Source of the DNA: an uncultured Nitrospinota bacterium
Lineage (GTDB): Bacteria; Tectomicrobia; Entotheonellia; J063; CAVPRW01
Direction: 5' to 3'
Assembly: GCA_963707985.1 (NCBI GenBank)
Contig: CAVPRW010000045.1
Coordinates: 160,001 to 224,000, forward strand
DNA length: 64,000 nt
The position numbers and the translations under genes are program-made. Below the pieces are notes generated by a model, which did no database searches, was not told where the DNA came from, and was given only the letters and a program-made list of their open reading frames with translations. Below are positions 28,886 through 40,402 of this stretch, in pieces. Numbering within the stretch: the stretch's first letter is position 1; each line of letters begins with the position of its first letter.

Positions 28886-29980
28886 CTACCGCGAGGTGAC
28901 GACTGTCATCGACTGGAAACCGCCCTGCGCCGCAAAAAAGTTCTGCGTGCTGACCCGCGCTGCCACCTGGCCTGCCACCTCGTGGAACTGCTGCGTTTGC
29001 GGCGAATCAGGGGCCTTCACGACAAGGGGTTCGCCGGCATCACCGCCGACCGGGATGGCCGGATCGATGGCGATTTCGCCAAGGAACGGAATCGACAGGC
29101 GCTGGGCTGCGGCCCGTCCCCCGCCGTATTTGAAGATTTCGGTACGCTCTTGGCAGTGCGGACAGATGAAATAACTCATATTTTCGACGATGCCGAGGAT
29201 GGGGATTTTCACCTTCTCGAACATACCAATAGCCTTGAGGACATCCGACAGCGCTACATCCTGTGGTGTGGTGACGATGACCGCTCCCGTCACTGGCACC
29301 GATTGACACAGCGTCAGTTGGGCATCCCCGGTCCCAGGTGGCAGGTCAACCACCAAATAATCCAGTTCTCCCCACTCCGCACCGCGGATCAACTCCTGGA
29401 CGGCCTTCCCGACCATGGGACCGCGCCACACTACTGGTGTATTGAGGTCCAAGAAGAAGCCAATGGACATCACCTTTACACCATGATGCACCGGCGGCAA
29501 GAAGTGTCCGTCGGATTCTCGTGGCTTCTCCGTTACCCCCATCATCATGGGAATACTTGGGCCGTAGATGTCGGCGTCCAATAGGCCCACTTGGGCGCCC
29601 GTCTGTGCCAGTGCTACTGCCAGATTGGCCGCCACCGTGGATTTCCCCACGCCACCCTTACCGCTTGCCACGGCGATGATATTCCGCACGCCAGGGAGGG
29701 CGCCCTGCGCCGACGCGGAGCTATGGGCCCGCACGTTGGACGTGAGCTGCATCTCGACCTGTTCGACCCCTGGCACGCTCATGACGGCCTGGCGGGATTC
29801 CTGTTCGATGCGCTCTTTCAGTGGACAGGCGGGGGTCGTTAGCTCGATGGTAAAACTCACATGGGAACCGTCGATCACGAGCTCTTTGATCATGTTCAGC
29901 GCGACGAGATCACGGCCGAGTTCGGGTTCCTTGACGGTGCTCAGGGCCGCCATTACCTGGTCTCGGGTCGGTATTGCCAC
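28886..29980 (-). CDS. mrp: Mrp/ApbC/NBP35 Fe-S cluster carrier ATPase with N-terminal DUF59
   Basis: EPELGRDLV, LTTPACP, SGKGGVGKST, DADIYGPS, WRGPM, DLPPGTGD, ENMSYFICPHC. Confidence 0.93.
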   Translation of the reverse strand: MAIPTRDQVMAALSTVKEPELGRDLVALNMIKELVIDGSHVSFTIELTTPACPLKERIEQESRQAVMSVPGVEQVEMQLTSNVRAHSSASAQGALPGVRNIIAVASGKGGVGKSTVAANLAVALAQTGAQVGLLDADIYGPSIPMMMGVTEKPRESDGHFLPPVHHGVKVMSIGFFLDLNTPVVWRGPMVGKAVQELIRGAEWGELDYLVVDLPPGTGDAQLTLCQSVPVTGAVIVTTPQDVALSDVLKAIGMFEKVKIPILGIVENMSYFICPHCQERTEIFKYGGGRAAAQRLSIPFLGEIAIDPAIPVGGDAGEPLVVKAPDSPQTQQFHEVAGQVAARVSTQNFFAAQGGFQSMTVVTSR

Positions 29981-30085
29981 ACGTCACCCCCTCTAGTCTA
30001 TCAACGCATCCCTTGGCCCGATGGCGATCCGTCAACGCGATACATCACCCAAAGCATACGCGACCCTGCGCCATTGCAGTGATCA

Positions 30086-30846
30086 TCAGAGCTTGCACAC
30101 GGGCGCACTACAGCTCCGCGTCCATTTGAATGGGGATTTCCATACCGTGCCTGGCTGCGTCATGGTCACGAGATACTCCAGCGCCTCCCGCAGGACCTTG
30201 CGCTGTTTCTCATGGTCGGTCGGCTCGCCCAACCGGGCACCCTGGCGGAAAGTCCACGATCATCGCCCGCGGCACCCGCACCCGTTTCATCATCTCCGGT
30301 TCCAGGGTCAGTGCAATCGTCGCCAGGCCTGCTCCCTCCATGACTCGTTGAATGATGGCCAGGGAATGATTGCAGATTGGGGAACCTGGGGTCAAGATCA
30401 CCGCATCGACCCCTGCGGTGACGAGCTTCTCCGCGACTTCCTTTGCAGTCCCCTCCAGCCGTCTCCAATGTGGTACCACCCCCATAAAACTAAAATGCTG
30501 TGGTGCCACACGTTGAATGACACCCGCACTTTGCAACTCTCGAAGGCGCGTCAGCGGAAAGATGGCGTCGATATCTTGTTCTAGCTCTGTGGTATCGAAG
30601 AATGGGTGGCTTACCGTTAAGTCACTCGTCTGGGCTGTTCCGGGGATTTCGCGAAACGATGCGTCATCGATGCCGGCAAAGGGAGACGCCTGTCGCAGGT
30701 GTACCCCTCCTGTGGTCACGAGGGCCACACAGGCGGTGTCAGCTGTCTTGCGGAAAGGGAGTCCATGGGATGCTCTCATAGTGAGCGTAGTGAAAGTCAG
30801 GAGCCCATTCCTGCTGGATGTATTCCTCTAGAATCTCGAGGTTCAT
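30086..30846 (-). pseudogene. GrdB/PrdB-like (glycine/proline reductase selenoprotein B family) protein, two frameshifts
   Basis: IPWTPF, ALVTTGGVH, DASFREIP, IFPLTRLREL, HFSFMG, ILTPGSPICNHS, VPRA; C-terminus GEPTDHEKQRKVLREAL...PFKW in another frame. Confidence 0.78.
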
Positions 30847-30996
30847 CTCAGTCGCTCTCCCTCAGTCTATACGTACAGCCGCTGCCTATCGTGCAGCGCT
30901 TCAGCGCAGTCATACAGCCAAAGAAACCAGCTCCTGCCTCGTGGCGCAATGGGAAGACGCATGCTTTACCGTCGTCATCGCGCCCACGTCTGAGAC

Positions 30997-31030
30997 GCGA
31001 AGAGGGGGATTACCACCTCCCCCTCTTCGC
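30997..31030. terminator. Stem-loop downstream of the iscA-like gene
   Basis: GCGAAGAGGGG / CCCCTCTTCGC inverted repeat. Confidence 0.55.
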
Positions 31031-31119
31031 AGGCGCTTACTTTCTAGGCAAGTGTTTGTCTCGTTCCCGAATCCCCGGCTCCCTTGTCTCGGCTCAGGAG
31101 CGCGTCAACACCTCGGCGA

Positions 31120-31449
31120 TTAGTGGAACGACTGGCCGCATCCGCAGGTGGACTTAGCATTCGGGTTGGTGATTTTGAAGCCCGATTCCATCAACCCTTC
31201 GATGTAGTCTACCTCGGTTCCAGCTAAATACAGAGCGCTCTTGAGATCGACGAAAATCGGCACACCATTGCTTTCGATAACCTTATCTCCAGGAGCTGCC
31301 TTCTCATCGATTCCCAATTGGTATTGCAATCCTGAGCAGCCGCCGCCAGCCACCCGCATGCGCAGCCCATAGCCCTCTTTGCCCGTTTGCGCCATGAAAT
31401 CATGGATTTTTTTTGCAGCGGTTTCGGTCAAGGTAATGGTCAAAGGCAT
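31120..31449 (-). CDS. iscA: A-type Fe-S cluster carrier (IscA/HesB/ErpA)
   Basis: ITLTETAA, GGGCSGLQY, NPNAKSTCGCGQSF. Confidence 0.9.
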   Translation of the reverse strand: MPLTITLTETAAKKIHDFMAQTGKEGYGLRMRVAGGGCSGLQYQLGIDEKAAPGDKVIESNGVPIFVDLKSALYLAGTEVDYIEGLMESGFKITNPNAKSTCGCGQSFH

Positions 31450-31737
31450 CCTTCTCCTCCTTTTGTCTTGTCACGGCCGGCTATCGCATCACTTGATGAG
31501 CTCTCGCCGACCCCTCGTCATGTTCACCCACAACAGATTACGCCCTCTGCGCTGGGGGCGCCCCACACATCCTATCTTCCGGCCACCAACAGTCGATCAG
31601 CTTCGTACGACCTCTACAGGGCAACCGCTGTTCCAGCCTGGAAGCTTCGCGTCGCTACTGTCGTATCGTCTTCAATGGCGGCATCTTTCACCGCTTGGGC
31701 AGAGGCACACGCCCCTCAGCGGCACAGAGACGACACC

Positions 31738-32893
31738 CTACTTGTCTGCCTCGCCCATCACCGGATCGATACTGCCGACGATGGCTACCACGTCGGACAG
31801 AAACCGTCCTTCCACCAACGTGGGGAGGGCCTGCAGCGCCACGAACGACGGTGAGCGGATTTTCAAGCGATAGGCGCTTTTCCCGCCATCGCTGACCAGA
31901 TAAAACCCCAGCTCGCCCTTTGGGGACTCGATGGCGCAGTAGACTTCCCCCGGCGGCGGGCGCATGCCCTCGATGACGAGCATAAAGTGATGGATCAAAT
32001 CCTCCATCCTGGTGAGCACTTGGTCTTTGGCCGGGAGCATGACGCGCGGATCGCGCAGTTGGACCTCACCAGCGGGTATGCGATCCAACACTTGGCGCAC
32101 GATCTTAGTGCTCTCACTCATCTCTGCCATGCGGGTCAGATAGCGCTCATAGCAGTCACCCGCGGTTCCCACGGGCACTTCGAAATCAAGCTCGTCATAG
32201 AGCAGATAGGGTTCTACTCGCCGGAGATCGAGGCCAACACCAGAGGCCCGCAGATTCGGCCCCGTTAGACCCAGATCGATCGCTTCGGCAGCGCCAATCA
32301 CCCCCACGCCTCTGGTGCGATCGATCCAAATCCGATTGCGTGTTAAGAGTTTATCATACTCTTCGATCTTCGCGGGGAAACTTTCGACAAATGTGCGGCA
32401 GCGCTCGATGAATCCTGGGGGCAAATCCTGATCTACCCCACCGATCCTGGTGTAGCTGGTGGTGAGTCGCGAGCCACACAGCATCTCAAATAAATTGTAG
32501 AGTTCCTCCCGCTCTCGAAAGGTATGGAAAAACATTGTATATGCCCCCACGTCCATCGCCATCGTACCGATCGCCAGGAGGTGGGATGAGATGCGCGCGA
32601 GTTCGGCCACCAGCACACGGATATGCTTGGCTCGTGGGCGGGATGTCGATCCCCAGCAGCTTTTCGACCGTCTGCACGTAGGCTACATTGTTGGACATCG
32701 GGGCCAGATAGTCAAGTCGGTCGGTATAGGGGATAAACTGGTGAAACGATTTCACCTCGGCGATTTTCTCCTTGCCGCTATGCAGATAGCCGAGGTGCGG
32801 CGTGCATTTCACCACCTTTTCCCCGTCGAGCTCAAGCAACAGCCGCAATACCCCATGCGTACTGGGATGCTGCGGACCCATGTTAATCACCAT
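31738..32893 (-). pseudogene. nuoD: NADH-quinone oxidoreductase subunit D, one frameshift near 32630
   Basis: [56 protein letters not shown]; no NiFe CxxC motifs. Confidence 0.88.
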
Positions 32894-32925
32894 GCGGCGC
32901 AGACCGCCTGCGATGGGCTCAGCGG

Positions 32926-33480
32926 TTAGATGGGTAGTCCGACCTCTGTCACCAGTGGACGCGGGAAGGGATCAGGGGCAGGCTGTTCGCCACGGGCGAT
33001 CTTCTCCTGCACCTTTATAATGCCATAGATGAGCGCCTCTGGCCGTGGCGGACATCCTCCCACGTATACATCCACCGGCAGAATCTTATCGACCCCCTGC
33101 AACACGCTGTAGGAACGATACATGCCCCCCGATGAGGCACATGATCCCATGGCGATCACCCATTTCGGATCGGGCATTTGATCGTAAATCTTCCGCACCG
33201 CCGGAGCCATCTTGCGGGACACCCACCCGGCCACGATCATCAGGTCCGACTGTCGTGGCGAGAACCGTAGGACCTCTGCACCAAAGCGCGCCACGTCGTA
33301 TCGCGAGGCCACCATGGCCATCAATTCGATGGCACAACATGACAATCCCATGGGCATCGGCCACAGGGAATTCTTGCGAGCCCAGTTCACCAAATCATCC
33401 AACCGTGTCGTAAAAATCGTCTTTTTGAGCTCTTCTTCTAGGTGCCCTTCCTCGACCAACGTATAGGGCTCACGGTCCAT
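32926..33480 (-). CDS. nuoB: NADH-quinone oxidoreductase subunit B
   Basis: [49 protein letters not shown]. Confidence 0.92.
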   Translation of the reverse strand: MDREPYTLVEEGHLEEELKKTIFTTRLDDLVNWARKNSLWPMPMGLSCCAIELMAMVASRYDVARFGAEVLRFSPRQSDLMIVAGWVSRKMAPAVRKIYDQMPDPKWVIAMGSCASSGGMYRSYSVLQGVDKILPVDVYVGGCPPRPEALIYGIIKVQEKIARGEQPAPDPFPRPLVTEVGLPI

Positions 33481-33635
33481 GCAGGCCATCCCCTCACTCA
33501 CCTGGAGCCTGGTAGTCTGGAATTTCCCCAGGGAGACACAGTCGGCAGACTTTCTCCAGCCATCATGAGCGTGTAGCATGCAACCATCGGGCGTCCGCAT
33601 ATGGGACGTGCCGCTGTGGATGCCCAACGCTCTAT

Positions 33636-34292
33636 TCATTCTAACATTACTTGCGGAACGGAGGCAACACCCTCCAGGCGCCGGGTGGGCAACGCAAAAT
33701 GGACTAACGTCCGCCGTCTTAGGCAGGAAGAGTTTATGGTCACATGCCCGTGAGAGCCGATGAGCGACATGAATTCCATACGCAGGTGTGCATCTTCTTT
33801 AAATTTTCCCAGCATCGCCCGGGTGATGGCCATCGAGTCCTGCTTCTGCACGCCGCGCATGATCATGCAGAGATGGCGCGCTTCGATGACGACAGCTACC
33901 CCAGACGGCTGCAAGTGTTCGGCAATCGCCTCGGCGATTTGGGAGGTCATGCGCTCCTGAATCTGGAGACGGCGGCTGTACATCTCCACAAGGCGGGCGA
34001 TCTTGCTGATGCCGACAACCTTCTTGTCCGGTAGATAGGCCACGTGGCATTTGCCAAAGAAGGGGAGCATGTGATGTTCGCAGAGACTGAACAAATCGAT
34101 ATCCTTCACGAGGATCATCTCGTCATAAGATTCGGTATAGAAGGCACCATTGAGCACTTCTTTCACATCTTGATGGTACCCGCTGGTGAGGAATCGAAGC
34201 GTTCTTTCCACACGCGCTGGCGTTTTCTCCAGCCCCTCCCGCTCTGGATCCTCGCCAAGCTTTCGCAACAAATCCAAAATTAAACCTCGCAT
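33636..34292 (-). CDS. folE: GTP cyclohydrolase I (C-terminal extension may be artefactual)
   Basis: [52 protein letters not shown]. Confidence 0.92.
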   Translation of the reverse strand: MRGLILDLLRKLGEDPEREGLEKTPARVERTLRFLTSGYHQDVKEVLNGAFYTESYDEMILVKDIDLFSLCEHHMLPFFGKCHVAYLPDKKVVGISKIARLVEMYSRRLQIQERMTSQIAEAIAEHLQPSGVAVVIEARHLCMIMRGVQKQDSMAITRAMLGKFKEDAHLRMEFMSLIGSHGHVTINSSCLRRRTLVHFALPTRRLEGVASVPQVMLE

Positions 34293-34395
34293 GCATCCTC
34301 CTCAGTCGGCTGCAATATCCACAGACGGGCTACGCGTTTCCGTTGTCCGTCACAACATTGCACGTTACCTCGTTAACATTCTCCAGACCATGCTG

Positions 34396-35584
34396 TTACC
34401 GTATCGGATCGACACGTACCATTGACCAGGTGGTTTTCTCCCTGCCGCCTGCCCGCACGCATCCGGCCACTGCGGCTGCAGCCAGGCAAAGTCCTCCCAG
34501 GGGTAAGGTGGCCGTATAGAAATGACTTTGCCGATGCACGCGGCGCACCACACTTTCGGCTTGCAAGATCGTGACCACCGCCAAAATCGCGCTGACCGCA
34601 AGCGCAACATCCCACCATCCGTGCACCATATCTAATCCCCAGAACCCGAAGGAAAAGGCAGGAATTAAGGCCACAAACGGCAGCACAGCCCATCCCAATA
34701 TGCCTATGGCGTGAGCGGCCAACCGTAGTGGACGCCCGCCGAGGCGCACGTACAGGCTACGACTCCACCCATCCCACAGTTCGCGAAAGTGGCGGTAGGT
34801 CCGGGTGAGCAAGAGGTCCATGGCTTTGACGAACTCGACGCGATATCCCAGGGATCTCACCCGGCGCATCAAGTCATCTTCTTCGTGCTGTTCGAAGGCG
34901 ACTGACAACATGGCCTCCAGCCTTCACGTAGGCCGTCGCGGGAGACCAGTAGAAAGGCTTCACTGGCCCACACCCCACGTGCCGCCGCTGACACCGACCT
35001 GTTCCAATGGTCTGAGGAAGGCCAAATACTGGAAGGCAGTCAGGTTGCCATACGTGCTCCCAGAAGCTCCGGCACTCGTGTCGCGGTGCTAATGACAACA
35101 TACCGAGTCCTTGCAGTCTGGCATATGCCATGGCGCGACTGAGAAGGCCAGGGACGTGATAGGTTTCAGGCGTGGTGAAGAGCAACCACTCCCCTCGCGC
35201 CGCTGCCACGCCCTGTTGCAGTGCTGCAGGCATATTCAGCGATCCCGTTGGCGAGGGTTCGCTTCGCAAGACACGCAAGCACCCCTCCGTCGTGGCTTCC
35301 ATCTTGAGCAACTGTTTCCTGGTCTCGTCGCTGGAGGAGGCATCGACGACAATCACTTCGAAGCGCGAATAATCCTGACGTAGCAGGGATTGGACGCAGC
35401 GCTCGAGGTCATGAGTGCGATTACCTGCGGCGACCACGATGGAGATGAATGGCGCGGCATCGTCCGCCAACTCTGGGATCTCAAGTGTACTCCATATCGG
35501 TAGGCTCACCTCCCGTTTCGCGAAACGGAGCCACAGCCAGGCGATCACTACGAGTCCAGTGCTTAGGATCAAGGAGGTCGCCAT
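34396..35584 (-). pseudogene. Family 2 glycosyltransferase with membrane anchors, frameshifted
   Basis: ISIVVAAGN, SLLRQDY..FEVIVVD.SSSDET, GEWLLF, EDD, WDGWSRS across frames 34874-35755 and 34396-34911. Confidence 0.72.
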
Positions 35585-36199
35585 TAGGTCTGTCCTGGGT
35601 GGGCTCGGCGGCCTCGATGATTGCCTGCCCACCAAATCGTTGGGTGTGGACGCATTCATGCCTTGAAGACCTCCAACGGCCGTCATTGTCTCGTGTTTCG
35701 TATAATGCCCATGCGATGCACCACGTGCGTTACCGCGCTCACGGCCGTTGTCCATCGACGCGCTGCAGGGTGACCTCTCTGATAACCATCTTCCTCCGAC
35801 CCTTATAGAGTCAAGACCACCAACGGTTTCAGTGACATATCTCGATCCGATCCGTCAAATAATATACTGGTCAGGCGGTCAATCTGCCATCCGATTTACC
35901 GTCTGCAGAAGTCTGGCCTGCAACGAGGTGACTCATGACCTTCAGCCAGACGTACCGACATGTGGAAGTGCCGCAGCCGGCTGATAACCGAGGGGATCAC
36001 ACGACCTTACAGGGCATATGCCCTATGCATGTAGCTGTGAGCGCGCGCTACACTAGCAAAATCACTGAGGAAGATCAAGCTGGACGACCTGCCAATGTGA
36101 GCCCATGTCGCGCCGGTTGACGAGAGATGGGCTTGGGGTTGCATCAGCAGTTCCGATCTCCGGAGGTCGTGCGACATTGGCGCCTGGGGGAGCGTCTCA

Positions 36200-37851
36200 T
36201 CATCGGTTCGAGATGAGCAGCAGCGTTGAGCGACCGAACTCCTGATGTGCCAGGATGGGCAAGAAGCGGCCAGTGATCTCGCCAAGTCTGTTGATACCAG
36301 TCGGCCTCAATGATACAGAAGGCCTCCCCCTCCTGTTCCAGGTAGGGTATAACCTCGATAGATTGGGGCAGTTCCGGAATGAAGCGTCCTAGGTGAAACC
36401 TCAGCGCCAAGTCGTTCATCGGCCCACAGAGCTGCAGCGGTCTGTCCCTGGCCACACGAGCATGGACCTCCGTCGTGAATGATTTGATCGGATATCGGTC
36501 ATTGAACTGCGGTGTGTAGACCCATACAACTGTCATCACCATGGCCAGCCAGGTGCACCCCACGATGAGGACATACATCACGCGAGTCTGCCCAGCGATC
36601 GCTGCACTTCCCAGCAGTATTCCTGCCACCAGAAGCAGCAAACTCCCCCAGAGGCCCATCTCTGGCGATGCCGGTAGCAGGAGCGTACTTCTACTCGGTA
36701 AAAGGCTGTCAACGGACCCCCAGATCACGACCGCGAATCCCCAAAGCGTCAATGCCAGCATCAGTGCTGGAAGGCGTATAGCCCAGAGAGACACAGCCTC
36801 GGGGGTAAGTCGCCACCAACGGGACCAGCTCCATCCCACGAGCAGCGCCGCGGCGGGGAAGGCTGGGAGGATATAGATGTCGCGTTTGCCGGTTGAGATG
36901 GAAAAAAACCCGAGAATCGTGACCAACCAGCAGAGGGCAAACCATCGCCCATCTCGTCCTTGGGTGTCGACCGAGGCTGCCTCGCAGCGACGAGGGCTTG
37001 AGGCAGGAATAGCGTCCATGGCAGGAATTCTGCCGGGAAGGCGCCAAGATAATAATACCAGGGAGCCGTGTGTTCCCATGCTCTGACATATCGCTCGAGG
37101 CTATGATGCAGCAAGGTCGCCTGGGCATACTCCAGCCCCCCTAGAGCAACCGCTGGCACAAACCAGGCCAAGTGTAACGCCCAAGAACGCACCGAGGCAG
37201 AGGAGCGCATCCCCGCCGTTTAGCTTCGGGCGCTCCGGCCATGCGTTTTGATGAGATAGATGAGCCCGCAGAGGGTCGGTAGGACCACGCCCACCGGTCC
37301 TTTGGTGAGCGTTGCGAAGCCCATGCACAGGCCGGCCGCGACCGCCGCCCGACGACGCTTGGCCTGTGAACCATTCCCACAGGGCCCAGAAGGCGCCAGT
37401 CGTCCACAACGTCAGGAGCATGTCGGGTAACGCTTGTCGGCCGCTCCAAAAGAATCCGCCGCTGGTGGCTAAGACGAGAGCAGCCAGGAGTCCGGTGGCT
37501 GGGTGAGAAGCATCTCACCCCGAGACGCCATGTCATGAGACACACACCGACGGCCGCAAGCGCCGACGGCAACCGAGCCGTCCACTCGGTGACACCGGGT
37601 CCGAGGGCTGACAGGAGAGCGATGGACCAGAAGAGCAATGGCGGCTTGTCAGCATAGACCATACCGCCAAGATGGGGCAGGATCCACTGGCCCGTTTCCA
37701 ACATCTCACGGGCCACGAGGGCATAGCGAGCTTCCAGGGGGATCCAGATATTACGGTCGCCCAGTCCCAGCAAGAATTGGGGCAGTGTCGCTGCGGCGAT
37801 GAGCACTGCAGCTATGCAGCTGCTGCGCTTATGGTGCTTCGAATCAGACAC
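36200..37851 (-). pseudogene. ArnT/PMT (GT39/GT83-like) membrane glycosyltransferase, several frameshifts
   Basis: EARYALVAREML, YADKPPL, ARLPSALA, PWYYYL, FLPWT, FFSISTGKRDIYILPAFPAAALL in successive frames. Confidence 0.8.
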
Positions 37852-38898
37852 TGTCTGGCACCTGAACGCCGCGCTCCTGGGCAATGGTTGCTAGGCGTTG
37901 CCAGGTCTCCGCATCGATCGCAATGCCATAGTGTCGACGATAGTGACGTAAACGGGCAGCCCGCTCGCCGGGATAGACGATCTCATCCACCCCCGGAGCA
38001 CGTGGGCAGCTCGTGATGTGGGCGATGAGATCACGAACGTCAGCAGCGAACTGTTCCAGGGGGAGAAAACGCCCGATATCGGCCACGATGATGAAGAGAC
38101 CATTGTTGTAAGGAGGAAGCTGCTGCCGTGAGTGGCCAGCACGCCCCAAAATACCTGCCAGGACATCGACAGCCAGCCCTAAGCCATAGCCCTTATATCC
38201 CACGCTGCCGCCTAGTGGCAGAAGACTTCCGCTGTGACGAAAGAAAGTCCTCATGATTGGTCGTCGCCTGACCCAATGCGTCAATCATCCACCCCAATGG
38301 TATGGGCTCACGCCGCTGTCTGCCTGAGGCGCACCTGCCCTTCGGCGACAATGCTAGTGGACATATCCAGGATGAAAGGCGTGGAGGTTCCGGTTGGCAG
38401 CCCAACAGCGAGGGGGTTGGTCGACAAGCGTCCGGCGATGCCGCCATAAGGAGCGACTCGCTGGCCGCCGCCACCGTCGTTGACGGCGATGATCCCCACC
38501 ATGCCGGCCTCGGCCGCAAGCCGGGCGTAGGCACCCAAGTGGCCGACGTGATAGCAGCGGTATGCCCCGACAGCACTGATACCGCACCGGTGTGCCTTGT
38601 CAATGCCAAGCGTCATGGCCTCGTGCGCCAGCCGCTGACCAAAACCCCAATGACCATCGACGAGCGCGGTGGCGGCGGTCTCGCGCTCACGGGTGAATGC
38701 AGTACCGGGGGCGATCAGGCCCTCCGCATGGGCGTCCAGGTAGCCGGGGATCTGGATGACGCCGTGGGAATCGTGTCCCGATAAATTCGCATCGACGAGG
38801 AGGTGCGCCACGAGGGAAGCCTCCTCCGCGGGCCCCCCAAGCGACTGGAGCAGCGCTTGAGCAAACTGGATAAGGGGATCGGCTTGAATCCGTGGCAT
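37844..38898 (-). pseudogene. Ldh_2 family (malate/L-lactate/sulfolactate-type) oxidoreductase, frameshift near 38310
   Basis: ANLSGHDSHG, HVGHLG, STNPLA, LDMSTS, GYKGYGL, YPGER. Confidence 0.85.
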
Positions 38899-39301
38899 CC
38901 GCCACCTCCTTCTGCAGACTTTCCGAACACATTCTAGCACAGTCGGCAAGCATCATGAGAAATGTGCAGCAGCATAGAGCCCGTCATCATCCCTGCGCGG
39001 GGTACTGTCGGGGAGCCTCATGAATCATAGCGCCAGGAGCAAACACTATTTACAGGGCCTGATTTGATGGCTATGATGAAACCAAGGGGGTGAATACCTG
39101 GCCGTTACCCGGAGGGGGATGTCTATCGCTTATGGTGCATATGGCGGCAATGGCGCTCTAGATCGATGGCCGTGCATAGCCCATGGTACTCTCAGTATTG
39201 CGTTCGCCTCTGCCCGCTAGGCTCAATTGTCAGGTGGCAGGGGGGTATTTCGTCGCTGGAGGTCAGGCCGGCCACTGACACCGCTTAGGATGAGTTTGTC
39301 C

Positions 39302-39330
39302 TTGTGATCAATAGGGCTCTATAGTAAAAT
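39302..39330 (+). promoter_or_regulatory. Sigma-70-like promoter of korBA
   Basis: TTGTGA-N17-TAAAAT. Confidence 0.45.
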
Positions 39331-39460
39331 CTCACCCGCTGCCAGTAATATAGAGGTCGCATTTTGGTAGGACGTGTGCATTCCGGCCTTATCCCCGTAA
39401 TCGACACAACCTGCGATCCTATGTATTGCGCGACCGCTCGACTGTAAGGAGGTGTATTCG

Positions 39461-40321
39461 ATGGTGACTCTCGAGTTGTACAATCAAAATACGATCAAGT
39501 CCCAATGGTGCCCGGGCTGCGGTGATTTCGCTGTTATCAAGTCGCTCAAGGAGGCACTGGTGAGCTTGGAGGTTCACCCGAAGGATTTGGTCATTACCGC
39601 CGGGATCGGCTGCTCGGGCCGTGCCTTCGCTTATCTTAATGGATACTCCTTCCATGGCGTGCATGGGCGTGCTCTGCCGCTCTCTTCGGGTATTAAACTC
39701 GCCAACGAAGCCCTGAAAGTGCTCGTGCTCGGCGGTGACGGTGATGGATATGCCATTGGTATGGGACACTTCCCTCACGCCATCCGGCGCAACCTCGACC
39801 TCACCTATGTGGTCATGAACAATCAGACCTATGGGCTTACCAAAGGGCAGGTTTCACCGACCAGCGATCTTGGCTACCGAACCACCACCACTCCGGCAGG
39901 CAATATCGAAGGGGCAATTGACCCAATGGCAATCGCGATGTCCTCGGGCATCACATTTTTAGCCCGCGGCTTCTCAGGGAACCCGAAACACCTGACTAAA
40001 TTGTTCGAGCGTGCCATTGCGCATAAGGGGTTCTCACTGGTCGATGTCTTAAGTCCGTGTGTGACATATAATCGTGTCAATACCTATGACTGGTACCGCG
40101 AGCACTCCTACTATCTCGATGAAGAGCCCGGCTACGATCCAACGGATCGTAAGCAGGCGTGGGACATGCTGTTGCATAATGAGAAAATTCCCCTAGGGGT
40201 GATATTCCAAGGCAGTCGCCCGACGTATGAGGATCTGCGTCCCACTAATTCACGTCTACCCATCGCCCTCCAGACGATTCAGGGCATTGATTACGCCGCG
40301 GTGATGGAAGAGTTCTTCTAA
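39461..40321 (+). CDS. korB: 2-oxoacid:ferredoxin oxidoreductase beta subunit
   Basis: WCPGCGDF, GIGCS, HGRALP, GGDGD, NNQTYGLTKGQVSPT, SPCVTYN; SD AAGGAGGT. Confidence 0.9.
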   Translation: MVTLELYNQNTIKSQWCPGCGDFAVIKSLKEALVSLEVHPKDLVITAGIGCSGRAFAYLNGYSFHGVHGRALPLSSGIKLANEALKVLVLGGDGDGYAIGMGHFPHAIRRNLDLTYVVMNNQTYGLTKGQVSPTSDLGYRTTTTPAGNIEGAIDPMAIAMSSGITFLARGFSGNPKHLTKLFERAIAHKGFSLVDVLSPCVTYNRVNTYDWYREHSYYLDEEPGYDPTDRKQAWDMLLHNEKIPLGVIFQGSRPTYEDLRPTNSRLPIALQTIQGIDYAAVMEEFF

Positions 40322-40402
40322 TTGGGGTTGGCCCCGAGTCCCCCCGGGGACGATCAGTTGAACCATGCACTCCGAGGTTTCTCGAGGAGGGAGGATGCGG
40401 CT

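Noticed and set aside
30210..30212. TGA ending the GrdB-like ORF read as a selenocysteine codon
   Set aside because: Not at the UxxC position; the family C-terminus continues in another frame, so it is a frameshift product
31738..33480. Group 4 [NiFe]-hydrogenase large and small subunits
   Set aside because: No RxCxxC or DPCxxC motifs; sequences match NuoD and NuoB
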